From Candidatus Cryptobacteroides sp. (GTDB lineage Bacteria; Bacteroidota; Bacteroidia; Bacteroidales; UBA932), in assembly GCA_045635205.1 (NCBI GenBank), contig JAZRBS010000025.1, positions 3,279 through 67,278 on the forward strand: DNA of 64,000 nucleotides, given 5' to 3'. The notes below the pieces were generated by a model that worked only from the letters and a program-made list of their open reading frames with translations, did not search any database and was not told the origin of the DNA. A program made the translations under genes and the position numbers. Positions 53,740-63,530 of this stretch are shown here, in pieces (within the stretch, counting starts at the first letter, position 1; the number at the start of each line of letters is the position of its first letter).

Positions 53740-56700
53740 TTATTCTGTAATGGTCTTCATCATTTCTGCAACTGCGGCTTCAAGTTGCTTGTCTTCTCCG
53801 CGAAGAACGGATGCCGGATCGTTATATACAAGGATATCCGGTTCAATCTGCATATTTTCAAGATATCTTCCTTCCTTGACCGCTATTGCTCCTACCTGCG
53901 GTATGCCGAAGACAAGGCTTGCGTCGATCTGATTCTCCCACCATACGGCAGTCATAGTTCCCGGTACTGGAGCGCCAATGAGTTTTCCAATTCCCAATGT
54001 CTTGTAAACGTATGGGAAGCCGCAAGCGTCGGAGTAATTGTCTTCGCCGATGAGGACGCACGACGGCTTGGTCCATTTATTATATGGCTCTGTACCGATA
54101 TATTGACCGCGTGGCTCGAATCTTATGTATCCTGTACCGTCCAGAAGGGTCGCGAGATCATCGTGTAGCCAGCCTCCGCCATTGTGCCTGGTGTCAACGA
54201 TGACAGCATCACAGGTTCTGTATTTGCCAAGAAGATCGGAATAAACCTTCCTGAAACTCTCCGAATCCATTCCTTTGACGTGTACATAGCCTACTCTGCC
54301 TCCGGAGAGTTTCCTGACCATATCCTCGCGCTGACGTACCCATCTGTCATACATCTGCACATAATCAGTATATCCTGGCTCGATGTAGAGGTTTTCAGCC
54401 TTTCTTCCTTTCTTTTTTATTGTCACCTGCATCTTTTTACCGGCCTGCTGTCTCAGATGATCAAACCAATTGTCGCCCGCCTTTATTTCCACTCCGTTGA
54501 TTGCAGTGATGACATCACCGGCTGAGATCTCAGGATCGGCGATGTAGAGAACACCGCCCTTCAGTACTTCTGCAATCCTGATGCCGTCTCCTTCATAATC
54601 ATTGTCGTATAGAACTCCCAATGACCCCATAGTAAGCCCCGATCTGTATTGATATCGTGCTCCTGTATGCGATCCGTTGAGTTCTCCAAGCATTTCAGAC
54701 AGCATTTCCTGGAAGTCGAAATTGTTGTCGATGTGCGGCAGGAATTTCCTGTATGTTTCTCTGTATCCTGCCCAGTCTATGCCGTGAATGGATGGGTCGT
54801 AAAATTTCTCGTTGACCTGTTTCCATATATGTTCGAAAATATATTCCCTTTCCTCTGCAGGCCTGTATTCGAACTCTCCGCTGAAAGAAATGCTTTCTCT
54901 GGCACCGTTGGAAACCGCTATTTTCGATATTCCGCTGCCTGTATGGACGAAGAAGTGTTTGTCGTCCGCTGTCGGATGAATCGTTCCTCTGACACCTTTG
55001 GCCACCACCTTGATGCTCTTGTCTTCCATATTCATCATACAAAGGTCGGTACTCTTCTCCAATCGTGTCATATAGAAGAGTTTCTTGCCATCCTGTGTCA
55101 GATAATGGTCTCCCAAGCGTCCGGAGAAGCGTGTGAGTTTAACTACTCTGTCCTTTCTGTCTTGGAAATCAAGCGAAAGTCTTTCCGCCTTTCTGTCTGT
55201 TTTCGTGCTGTCTTTAGCCTCTTTCTTCTTGCCCTGCTTCTTGTCGCTTTCTCCTCCCATCAGACCGGCAACTTCCTTGTCTTCCTTATCTCTAAGGAAT
55301 TCCGCATATTTCTTGCCGTTGAAGAACATAATGTATATGTCTCTTTCTGCGCCCCAACTTCCGTGACTGCGGTATCCTGCCTTGTCGGATGTCCAGGTCA
55401 TAGCATTGCCCTTCATCGCCCATCTGAATCCTCCGTCGCTGTATCCGCTTTCTGTCAGGTCAATGATAGTGCCGCCTTCTATGTCTATTACTGCGACGTC
55501 TTCATTGTTCCATCCTCCGTTTGCCTGATAGTTGCAAAGGATGTACCGGCTGTCTGGACTCCAGCAGAAACTCTGGTCTCCGTCAGTGTATGAGTAGTTG
55601 ATGCTTTTGTCGAGAACAATCTTTTCCTTTCCGTTTCCAAGATCCATAACAGCGATTGCTGTCCTGTCTTTCAGATATGCCAACTTCTCGCCGTCAGGGG
55701 AAATCTGAGGCTGGAAACAGGTCTCGCCTTCTTTTGTCACGAGTTTCTCTTTCAAGTTTACGGCGTATGTGAACCGTTTCTCATCCTTGTCTGCGAGGGT
55801 GCTCTCCCAGATGCCCCAGTGTCCGTTCCTCTCTGCTGAGTAGTAAATCGTTCTTCCGTCAGGGGAGAAGCATAGGTCTCTTTCCTGCTGAGGGGTGTTG
55901 GTCACTCTCTTGGTAGTTTTGTAATCGACGGAGGTGACATATACATCGCCTCTGAGAATGATAGCGATTTCCTTGCCGTCTGGGGATACAGCCATATCGG
56001 AAACTCCTGATGAGAAAGTCCTTTCATAAACCGGCATCTCCTGCTGGTCAGCCAACAGACTGATCTGCACCTTGGACGGCTCTCCGTCGTTCTTTATGGT
56101 ATATAATTCTCCGTCGTATGAATAACACAGGGTTCCCTTGTCGGAAATCGAAAGATAACGTACAGGATTGCCTTTGTGGAATGTTATCTGTTTGGATTCT
56201 GAAGGAGTGTCAATGCTGCTTTTGAAAATATTAAGTGTGCCGTCCTGCTCGCTGATATAGTAGAATTTCCTGCCGTCTGCAGCAAAGACAGGGTTACGGT
56301 CCTCACCATTGAATGTGGAGAGTTTTGTGAAGGTGCCTTCCGGATTTATGCTGACAGAGTCCTCTGAAGATGGTTTGTACAGCCATATATCCCTGGTGAC
56401 AGAAGACGTGTGATGCTTGCGTAAAGGATCTTCATATCCTTTGTAATCTTCATAAAGGATATCGCCATTGGCGTTTATACTGAGTCCTGAGACCGGAAGT
56501 GAGGTAACCATCTCGCATTTACCTCCGTCTGCACTGACCCGATATAATTGTGCATTTTCAGGGAAACCTCCGTATAAGGCATCCTGCTGAATGTTCGCTG
56601 TAAAAAGAATGCTTCCGTCGTCGAGTACAGCCATCGGCGTCTCGTTACCAGTATGGGTAGTGAGCCTATGAGGGACGCCGCCTTCTGCTGCAACTCTGTA

Positions 56701-56979
56701 TATGTCCTTGCTTTTGTTTCTGAAAGAACTGAATATGATGCTTTTCCCGTCAGGGCTCCACATCGGATCGGTGTCGTATGCACTGTTGGAGGTTATCTGT
56801 CTTGCTTGTCCGCCATTTGCGCTGACTACATAGACGTTGCCTTTATAATTGAAGGCAATCTTGGTTCCATCGGGAGAAATGTCGCTCTTTCTTAGCCAGA
56901 GAGGTGCTTCCTGGGCTGATGCGGATGCGCATAGCATCAGCAATGAGGATAAAATGAGTAAAGTCCTTTTCATATTCAT
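53740..56979 (-). CDS. Tricorn-like S41 peptidase (beta-propellers and PDZ)
   Basis: Signal peptide, SPDG repeats, GELNGSH, DTRHNGGG, SDAC and GEDKQLE. Confidence 0.93.
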   Translation of the reverse strand: MNMKRTLLILSSLLMLCASASAQEAPLWLRKSDISPDGTKIAFNYKGNVYVVSANGGQARQITSNSAYDTDPMWSPDGKSIIFSSFRNKSKDIYRVAAEGGVPHRLTTHTGNETPMAVLDDGSILFTANIQQDALYGGFPENAQLYRVSADGGKCEMVTSLPVSGLSINANGDILYEDYKGYEDPLRKHHTSSVTRDIWLYKPSSEDSVSINPEGTFTKLSTFNGEDRNPVFAADGRKFYYISEQDGTLNIFKSSIDTPSESKQITFHKGNPVRYLSISDKGTLCYSYDGELYTIKNDGEPSKVQISLLADQQEMPVYERTFSSGVSDMAVSPDGKEIAIILRGDVYVTSVDYKTTKRVTNTPQQERDLCFSPDGRTIYYSAERNGHWGIWESTLADKDEKRFTYAVNLKEKLVTKEGETCFQPQISPDGEKLAYLKDRTAIAVMDLGNGKEKIVLDKSINYSYTDGDQSFCWSPDSRYILCNYQANGGWNNEDVAVIDIEGGTIIDLTESGYSDGGFRWAMKGNAMTWTSDKAGYRSHGSWGAERDIYIMFFNGKKYAEFLRDKEDKEVAGLMGGESDKKQGKKKEAKDSTKTDRKAERLSLDFQDRKDRVVKLTRFSGRLGDHYLTQDGKKLFYMTRLEKSTDLCMMNMEDKSIKVVAKGVRGTIHPTADDKHFFVHTGSGISKIAVSNGARESISFSGEFEYRPAEEREYIFEHIWKQVNEKFYDPSIHGIDWAGYRETYRKFLPHIDNNFDFQEMLSEMLGELNGSHTGARYQYRSGLTMGSLGVLYDNDYEGDGIRIAEVLKGGVLYIADPEISAGDVITAINGVEIKAGDNWFDHLRQQAGKKMQVTIKKKGRKAENLYIEPGYTDYVQMYDRWVRQREDMVRKLSGGRVGYVHVKGMDSESFRKVYSDLLGKYRTCDAVIVDTRHNGGGWLHDDLATLLDGTGYIRFEPRGQYIGTEPYNKWTKPSCVLIGEDNYSDACGFPYVYKTLGIGKLIGAPVPGTMTAVWWENQIDASLVFGIPQVGAIAVKEGRYLENMQIEPDILVYNDPASVLRGEDKQLEAAVAEMMKTITE

Positions 56980-57070
56980 CTACTTGTCTGGCAAACCTTG
57001 CCCGGAGCATTCTTCCAGACAAGGTTTGTTTTGACAAAAGTAGTAAATTCGTAGCGAAAATGAAAGTATA

Positions 57071-58750
57071 TCAGGACTGTTTTTCCTCTTCTATAGTAGG
57101 GGCTGAATCCTTGTATTTGAAACGACGTATTTTCTGGGTTGCGGTCTTCTCAAAAGGTTCTTTCATAATCTCCACTGAACTCACCTGAGATGATCTGTTG
57201 ACGTTTCTGTTCGTGATTTTGATGATTCTTGCCTTCCATTCATCAATTTTCTGATAAATCTTGTCTTCGCCTTCCTTGTTCCAGTCTATATAATTCTCTG
57301 CAGGCTGGACAAGCGCCACCAGGCGTCCGTTGCGCTCAACCACAATGGATTCGCTCACTCCATCGATATTATTGAGCACATTCTCGATCTCTTCTGGATA
57401 GATGTTCTCTCCTGACGGCCCCAGGATCATATTGCTGTTTCTTCCCTTGATGAAGAATCTGCCTTTTTCGTCCTGAACGGCTATGTCGCTGGTTCTGAAC
57501 CATCCGTCCTCTGTGAATACTTTCTTTGTACGCTCCGGATCCTTGTAATATCCCAGCATAACATTCGGGCCTTTTGCTACTACTTCTCCTTCTCCAGTCT
57601 CAGGATTGACATTATGCAGTTTGAGCCTTACGTTATATACAGGATATCCGAAAGATCCTACGGCTCTCCAGCCGTGCATAGCGTATCCGAGCAGAGGTGA
57701 CGTCTCTGTGAGTCCGTAGCCTATTGCGTACGGGAACCGTGCCTTGAGGAGGAAATTCTCTACTTCAGGATCAAGTTTCGCGCCTCCGATTCCATAGAAT
57801 GATATATGACCGCCGAATGTCTTCCTCAGTTTCATACCTATGATGCGGCACATAAGTCCGTTCATATTCTTATTCATCCAGGTGAGTGTGCGGCTGTTCC
57901 GGATAGTAGGCAACACGCTGCCTTTATACACCTTTTCTATAATCATCGGAACGGTAAGCATAGTGGTAGGCTTTACTATCTTCATAGCCTTCATCAGCAA
58001 TGATGCTACAGGTGGCTTTGGAAGATAATAGACTGTTGATCCCGTGTACATCGGATAGAGCATACCAAGAGTCATTTCCAGGGTATGTGCCATCGGAAGG
58101 ATAGATAGCCACCTGTCTTTTTCTGTCCTCTTGCAGGAATGGTAACAGGTGATCACGTTCGATGCGAGGTTTCTGTGACTCAGAACCACTCCTTTTGCGC
58201 TTCCTGTAGTTCCTGATGTGTAGATTATGGTTGCGATGTCATCAGGGGTCGGATTTGCCGTACGACCGTCACAGGTGAATTGCATCTCGTCCGCTTTCAG
58301 TACTTCCAGAGTGTCGAGGTCGATAAGAAGGGTCATTCTGTCCCTGATTTCCTGGCTGACCTTGCCTGCAAGTCTTTGTGATACGAAAAGAACCTTGCTT
58401 TCGGAATGGTTCATTATGTTTGTGACTTCGTTTTCAGAACTGTCGGGCAGTATCGGAATGGATATTCTGCCGAATGAGACTGTCGCAAAAAAAGCCACCG
58501 ACCAGTTCGGCATACTCTGTGAGAATATGGCCACCTTGTCTCCGGCGCCGATTCCATACTGCGTCATTAATTTGGAAAGCGAGTCGCATTTGCTCTTCAA
58601 CGTCCCGAAGGTATATCCTCCTTCCTTCGTATCATACCATTGCGTATATTGTTTCTTGGAATATACAGTCGTTGAATAGTCGTATAGTTTGGCGAGGGTA
58701 TCAACATATTTTTCCCTCATCTTCTGCATACGTTTGTAAATCGGTTTCAT
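57071..58750 (-). CDS. Long-chain acyl-CoA synthetase (AMP-binding)
   Basis: IIYTSGTTGSAKGV, LSILP.AH, GYGLTETSP, GPNVMLGYY and GENIYPEEIE. Confidence 0.93.
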   Translation of the reverse strand: MKPIYKRMQKMREKYVDTLAKLYDYSTTVYSKKQYTQWYDTKEGGYTFGTLKSKCDSLSKLMTQYGIGAGDKVAIFSQSMPNWSVAFFATVSFGRISIPILPDSSENEVTNIMNHSESKVLFVSQRLAGKVSQEIRDRMTLLIDLDTLEVLKADEMQFTCDGRTANPTPDDIATIIYTSGTTGSAKGVVLSHRNLASNVITCYHSCKRTEKDRWLSILPMAHTLEMTLGMLYPMYTGSTVYYLPKPPVASLLMKAMKIVKPTTMLTVPMIIEKVYKGSVLPTIRNSRTLTWMNKNMNGLMCRIIGMKLRKTFGGHISFYGIGGAKLDPEVENFLLKARFPYAIGYGLTETSPLLGYAMHGWRAVGSFGYPVYNVRLKLHNVNPETGEGEVVAKGPNVMLGYYKDPERTKKVFTEDGWFRTSDIAVQDEKGRFFIKGRNSNMILGPSGENIYPEEIENVLNNIDGVSESIVVERNGRLVALVQPAENYIDWNKEGEDKIYQKIDEWKARIIKITNRNVNRSSQVSSVEIMKEPFEKTATQKIRRFKYKDSAPTIEEEKQS

Positions 58751-58884
58751 AATTGTTTGTTTTGAATCCTAACCTCCTGACTACCGGAAGCGTCATTCCT
58801 GATCTTCTTCAGACATAACATCAGAATGATAATCGCAGTCAGTAACATAACGGTAAAAAATGTAATTGTCAATAATCTTAACAT
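58747..58884 (-). CDS. 45-aa single-pass membrane peptide whose stop overlaps the acyl-CoA ligase start
   Basis: MLRLLTITFFTVMLLTAIIILMLCLKKIRNDASGSQEVRIQNKQL*. ATGA overlap at 58747-58750; TAATTTTG promoter at 58906-58913. Confidence 0.55.
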   Translation of the reverse strand: MLRLLTITFFTVMLLTAIIILMLCLKKIRNDASGSQEVRIQNKQL

Positions 58885-59058
58885 CTGTAAAATGTTTTTC
58901 GGCGGCAAAATTATATCCGGAATTCTTGATTGGCCAAAATATGTCGTGAGGGGTAAAGATAAAGTGGTAAATGCCTGTATTTAGGTATAAAAGTCGATAT
59001 TTAGGGGAGTTTGACAAAGTTTTATTATATTTGTCCCTGTTAATTCAGGTATGAAAAT

Positions 59059-59865
59059 ATGGCTAAACTAAACAATATCCTTCTTTCTGGAGCAGCGACG
59101 ATACTGCATTCCCTTATCGTCCCGCTTTTCTTTCTTGTGTTTATAGTCTATTATAAACCCTACGGAGTTTACAATATCCTGCAGATGGATAATGCATCTT
59201 TTGCTTTCAATGTATCCATACTGTTCAGTATCGTTCTAGTCTCAGTTTCCATTACAAGAGGATGGTTGTATCTTATAGCGCGGTACAGGGATGTAACCAG
59301 AAGCGCATATCTCCTGTGGTGTCTGGCAGAGACAATAGTGGCATCTCTCTTTGCATCGCTTTATATCGTTCTTATTTCCGATGAAAAACTGCTCTTTTTT
59401 GATATTGCCGGATCTTCTGTGGTGATGATGGCTGCGACTGGAATATTTCCTTACGGATTTCTCTGGCTTGCACTGGAACTCTATTCAAGAGAGAAAGAAG
59501 AAGCCCTCCCTGCTGAAGACAACTCGTTGATACGTTTCTATGATGAGTATAAAAAATTGCGTCTTGTCATTGCCCCTGAGGCCGTAGTATATATCAAATC
59601 TGAGGATAACTATGTCCAGATACATTATCTTGATCAAAGGAAGAATCGCAAGTTCATTCTCCGTTCCTCAATGCGCGCTCTGGAAGATATTCTCTCTAAA
59701 AGAGGACTTCTACGCTGCCACAGGTCATATTTCATCAATCCGGCATATATCAAGATAATACACAGGGATGCCGCAGGGCTTATTGTCGCAGATCTCAAGC
59801 CGGAGGGTTTTGAAAGTATCCCGATCTCGCGTAAATATCAGAACGAGATTTCCAGATTCCTTTGA
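59059..59865 (+). CDS. Membrane-anchored LytTR-domain regulator (one-component)
   Basis: About four TM helices, then VYIKSEDNYVQIHY, LRSSMR and LRCHRSYFIN. Confidence 0.92.
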   Translation: MAKLNNILLSGAATILHSLIVPLFFLVFIVYYKPYGVYNILQMDNASFAFNVSILFSIVLVSVSITRGWLYLIARYRDVTRSAYLLWCLAETIVASLFASLYIVLISDEKLLFFDIAGSSVVMMAATGIFPYGFLWLALELYSREKEEALPAEDNSLIRFYDEYKKLRLVIAPEAVVYIKSEDNYVQIHYLDQRKNRKFILRSSMRALEDILSKRGLLRCHRSYFINPAYIKIIHRDAAGLIVADLKPEGFESIPISRKYQNEISRFL

Positions 59866-59892
59866 TTCGTTTTCTTTATTTTCTTTTCCAAT

Positions 59893-60597
59893 ATGGATAT
59901 TAGACCTATAGCATATATAAGGACTGAGTTGCCCGAAAAGTTCGGCGTTCCACGTCAAAGCGGCCTTGCAAAGAATTTACGCGCAAGAATTATCTTCGAG
60001 CCGGAATATCGCAATCCGGATGCTCTAAGAGGGCTTGAAGGCTTCTCGCATATATGGCTTATATGGGAGTTCTCCGCCAATAGAAATGCCGGCAAATGGC
60101 AACCTACAGTTCGTCCTCCTCGTCTGGGAGGTAATACTCATATCGGTGTTTTTGCCACTCGTTCGCCTTTCAGACCCAATCCTCTCGGACTTTCCTGTGT
60201 TGCAGTAGAGAATATCAATATCTCAACAGAAGATGGTCCTGTCATTGATGTAAAAGGAGCAGATTTGATGGATGGTACACCTATATATGATATAAAGCCA
60301 TATATAAAGTACGCGGATTCTCGTCCTGAGGCAATATGTGGCTATGTTGATAATCTGGAGGAACGTTCTCTAAAAGTCGTTTTTCCATCCTACCTTTCAT
60401 CTCGGATACCGGACAGATCTGTGATACCGGCATTGATTGATGTTCTCAGGCTTGACCCACGTCCCTCATATCACGATGACCCTGAGAGAGTCTATGGCTT
60501 ATCGTTCAGCGGATTGAATGTAAATTTCCGGGTAGAGGGAGATGTTTTGTGCATAACTGATATACAGATTGGCGCCCATCTCTCGGACAGTCTGTAG
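59893..60597 (+). CDS. trmO: tRNA m6t6A37 methyltransferase TrmO (TsaA)
   Basis: KFGVPRQSG, GVFATRSPFRPNPLGLS, DGTPIYDIKPY and DPRPSY. Confidence 0.93.
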   Translation: MDIRPIAYIRTELPEKFGVPRQSGLAKNLRARIIFEPEYRNPDALRGLEGFSHIWLIWEFSANRNAGKWQPTVRPPRLGGNTHIGVFATRSPFRPNPLGLSCVAVENINISTEDGPVIDVKGADLMDGTPIYDIKPYIKYADSRPEAICGYVDNLEERSLKVVFPSYLSSRIPDRSVIPALIDVLRLDPRPSYHDDPERVYGLSFSGLNVNFRVEGDVLCITDIQIGAHLSDSL

Positions 60598-60644
60598 AAT
60601 TGTGGGAAATGATGTATATTTGCAACCGGATTTAACCTTTTCTT

Positions 60645-61265
60645 ATGATAAGACTATTACGTTCATCAATATTTGCAGGAATTGCCATCGGTACGGCAGG
60701 TTTCGGTTTTCTTGCTTCAGGTGTACAGGCAGAGGCATACGGCTCTCTTGTCGGAGCCGTTCTCTTTTCCTTCGGACTTCTTACAGTAGTGGGATATAAA
60801 CTGAAACTTTACACAGGTACCGCAGGATTCATAAAAAAGAACGAAATCGGGGAACTTTTCCTGATACTTTCGGGAAATATCCTCGGATGTCTATGCGTTG
60901 CGCTTCTCTCGCGTGTAACACCTCTTAATATACAGGAGGCTGCGCAGAATATTCTCGAACTACGTCTTCGTACAGGTGCTCTAAGATGCGGTCTTTTGGG
61001 TATAGGATGTGGCTTCATTATGACCACGGCCGTGCAGTTTGCCCGTCAGAAGCAGTATCTGCCTCTTCTTTTCGGTGTGCCGCTCTTCATTGTTTGCGGA
61101 TTTACCCACTGTGTGGCCGATGCTTTCTATTATCTCTGTGTACCGGTGGCATTCTGGAAGGCCAACGCCCTCCATATACTTGCAGTCTATGCCTGCATCG
61201 TGCTTGGCAATCTGGTAGGCTGCAATCTCTACAGGATAGTCCTCGCGAAAGATCAATATGCGTAA
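60645..61265 (+). CDS. Short formate/nitrite transporter family protein
   Basis: AGIAIG, FSFGL, LYTG, GNILG, HCVAD and GNLVG. Confidence 0.85.
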   Translation: MIRLLRSSIFAGIAIGTAGFGFLASGVQAEAYGSLVGAVLFSFGLLTVVGYKLKLYTGTAGFIKKNEIGELFLILSGNILGCLCVALLSRVTPLNIQEAAQNILELRLRTGALRCGLLGIGCGFIMTTAVQFARQKQYLPLLFGVPLFIVCGFTHCVADAFYYLCVPVAFWKANALHILAVYACIVLGNLVGCNLYRIVLAKDQYA

Positions 61266-61306
61266 TCCTGGTGGCGTGTAATCCACTGTGTATTAGCGCT
61301 TTATGA

Positions 61307-61340
61307 AATATGCCTGCTGTAATCTGACAGCAGGCATATT
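61307..61340. terminator. 14-bp inverted repeat between convergent genes
   Basis: AATATGCCTGCTGT-AATCTG-ACAGCAGGCATATT. Confidence 0.75.
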
Positions 61341-61378
61341 GCGTAAGTTGATGATAATTAATGGATTAAGTGACTACG

Positions 61379-61804
61379 TTATTTGACGCGGAACCAGTCC
61401 ATTGTTCTGCCGATGAGGCCTTTCTTGTCAAGCGAACCACGTACCTTAAGTACGTCTCCTTCCACCTTCATCGAGCAATTGTATGTCTTTCCATTACCCG
61501 GATCATAAATCTTTCCGCCTGCATACTCGCTGCCACTTTTCTTGAGGCCACTGAGCATATTGAGACCGATGAGTTGGCGGCTGCGCAGTGACTTGTCCGG
61601 ATTGTTGCTGTCAACTGCTGGAGAACCGTCTGCCTCTGTCGGATTCTGAAGCCATACGATCTTTCCGTTATATACGTCACCGTTCTTATAGACTTCAACA
61701 ATTGCAGATCCGTCGTCAAGTTTCCATTTGCCGACAACGTCTTGAGCGAATGCTGCAGCAAGCGGCATAAGCATCAGAATAAGGGAAAATAAAATCTTTT
61801 TCAT
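61379..61804 (-). CDS. DUF2147 exported protein
   Basis: GKW, GKIVWL, NPD..LRSRQLIGL, GKIYDP..GKTY and GRTMDW. Confidence 0.9.
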   Translation of the reverse strand: MKKILFSLILMLMPLAAAFAQDVVGKWKLDDGSAIVEVYKNGDVYNGKIVWLQNPTEADGSPAVDSNNPDKSLRSRQLIGLNMLSGLKKSGSEYAGGKIYDPGNGKTYNCSMKVEGDVLKVRGSLDKKGLIGRTMDWFRVK

Positions 61805-61951
61805 CTTTTAACAGGTTTTAGTTAACGCAGCAAAGATATAAAAAACCGCTTTCAATCCGAACCAGACAGAGGAATCTTCGAAAAGATTGTTATATTTGTC
61901 AGATATTTGTGGTGAAATAACCTATAACAACGTCAAAAATTGAAAAGGAAT

Positions 61952-63067
61952 ATGGGAAAAGTAATTTTGACAGGCGACCGTCCAACCGGAAAACTTCATT
62001 TAGGACATTATGTAGGATCTCTCAAGAGAAGGGTCGAACTACAGGATTCAGGAGAATATGAGAAGATCTTTATAATGATTGCGGATGCTCAGGCTCTGAC
62101 TGACAATGCAGATAACCCGGAAAAGATACGTCAGAATATCATTGAAGTAGCCTTGGATTATCTTTCTGCAGGTCTCGACCCTGAGAAAGTGACCATTTTC
62201 ATCCAGTCTCAGGTTCCTGAACTCTGCGAACTTGCGTTCTATTATATGAATCTCGTCACAGTCCAGAGACTCCAGCGCAACCCTACGGTGAAGCAGGAAA
62301 TCCAATTGAGGGGCTTTTCCGACAGTGAGGACGATGAGAACCAGAATAAGAAGGGTATTCCTGTAGGATTCTTCACATATCCTATCAGTCAGGCCTCCGA
62401 TATTACCGCTTTCCGTGCCACCACTGTGCCTGTCGGAGTCGATCAGGCGCCGATGATCGAGCAGACACGCGAGATCGTGCATAAATTCAATGCTGTATAT
62501 GGCGAGACTCTGGTGGTTCCTGAAATGGTGCTTCCTGAAAATGCAACCTGCTGCCGTCTGCCAGGTACCGACGGTAAGGCTAAGATGAGCAAGTCTCTTG
62601 GCAACTGTATCTACCTTTCCGACACTTCAAAGGAAATCAAGAAGAAGGTGAACAGTATGTTCACTGACCCGAAGCATCTTCAGATCACCGATCCGGGTCA
62701 CGTGGAAGGGAATGTGGTCTTTACATATCTTGATGCATTCAGCAATGATGGGCATTTTGCAAAATATCTTCCTGAGTATGCCAACCTTGACGAAATGAAG
62801 GATCATTATCGTCGTGGCGGCCTGGGAGACGGCACCTGCAAGAAGTTCCTCTTCAATATTATGGAAGAATTCCTCCAGCCTATGCGCGAGAGGAGAAAAC
62901 ATTATGAGCAGAATATTCCTCAGGTATATGAGATTCTTCGCAGGGGATCGGAGGCAGCACGCGCAGAGGCCGCAAAGACTCTTGCAGATGTGCGCAAAGC
63001 AATGAAGATTGACTATTTTGATGATGCCGACCTCATTGCAGAGCATACAAAGAAATATCAGGGATAG
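61952..63067 (+). CDS. trpS: Tryptophan--tRNA ligase
   Basis: TGDRPTGKLHLGH, YPISQASDI, VPVGVDQ and KMSKS. Confidence 0.97.
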   Translation: MGKVILTGDRPTGKLHLGHYVGSLKRRVELQDSGEYEKIFIMIADAQALTDNADNPEKIRQNIIEVALDYLSAGLDPEKVTIFIQSQVPELCELAFYYMNLVTVQRLQRNPTVKQEIQLRGFSDSEDDENQNKKGIPVGFFTYPISQASDITAFRATTVPVGVDQAPMIEQTREIVHKFNAVYGETLVVPEMVLPENATCCRLPGTDGKAKMSKSLGNCIYLSDTSKEIKKKVNSMFTDPKHLQITDPGHVEGNVVFTYLDAFSNDGHFAKYLPEYANLDEMKDHYRRGGLGDGTCKKFLFNIMEEFLQPMRERRKHYEQNIPQVYEILRRGSEAARAEAAKTLADVRKAMKIDYFDDADLIAEHTKKYQG

Positions 63068-63069
63068 TG

Positions 63070-63402
63070 CTATTGCCTTGGGACTACGGCACAGAATACG
63101 AGATCTGATTCCGAGTCATTTACAAGGCTATGCGACCCGTCTTTAGGGCAGTACAGGCAGTCACCGGCTTGTACTGCTTTTTTGGTACCGTCTTCCAGAA
63201 TACTTCCGCAGCCTTCCAGGATGAATATAACCTCGCAACTGTCGCTATGCGTATGCATTCCGATCGATGCGCCGGGAATGAGCCTTGCGTGTGTCAGTAT
63301 CCTATTCGTTCCATCAAAGAACATTCTGGCTTCCAGATGTTTTTCTCCACCTTTGAAACTCTCGAGGTGGCTTATCTCCAAATCTTCAGGTCTTATAATC
63401 AT
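63070..63402 (-). CDS. Cupin-domain protein
   Basis: PGASIGMHTH..SCEVIFILEG and GDCLYCP...HSLVN. Confidence 0.9.
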   Translation of the reverse strand: MIIRPEDLEISHLESFKGGEKHLEARMFFDGTNRILTHARLIPGASIGMHTHSDSCEVIFILEGCGSILEDGTKKAVQAGDCLYCPKDGSHSLVNDSESDLVFCAVVPRQ

Positions 63403-63530
63403 AATGATGTGTTTTCAATCAGACTGCAAAGATAGTCATTCATTGCATTTGTTTGTATTTTAGATAAATAATCACTTATTTTGTAAGTGCTTTAATAAGC
63501 TATTAAATAAATACTAAAACCTGATATATT

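Noticed and set aside
13581-60597. Co-occurrence of tRNA-modification genes (mtaB, tsaD, mnmA, trmO) and tRNA-Thr
   Set aside because: They are scattered over about 47 kb in separate transcription units, consistent with ordinary core-gene density.
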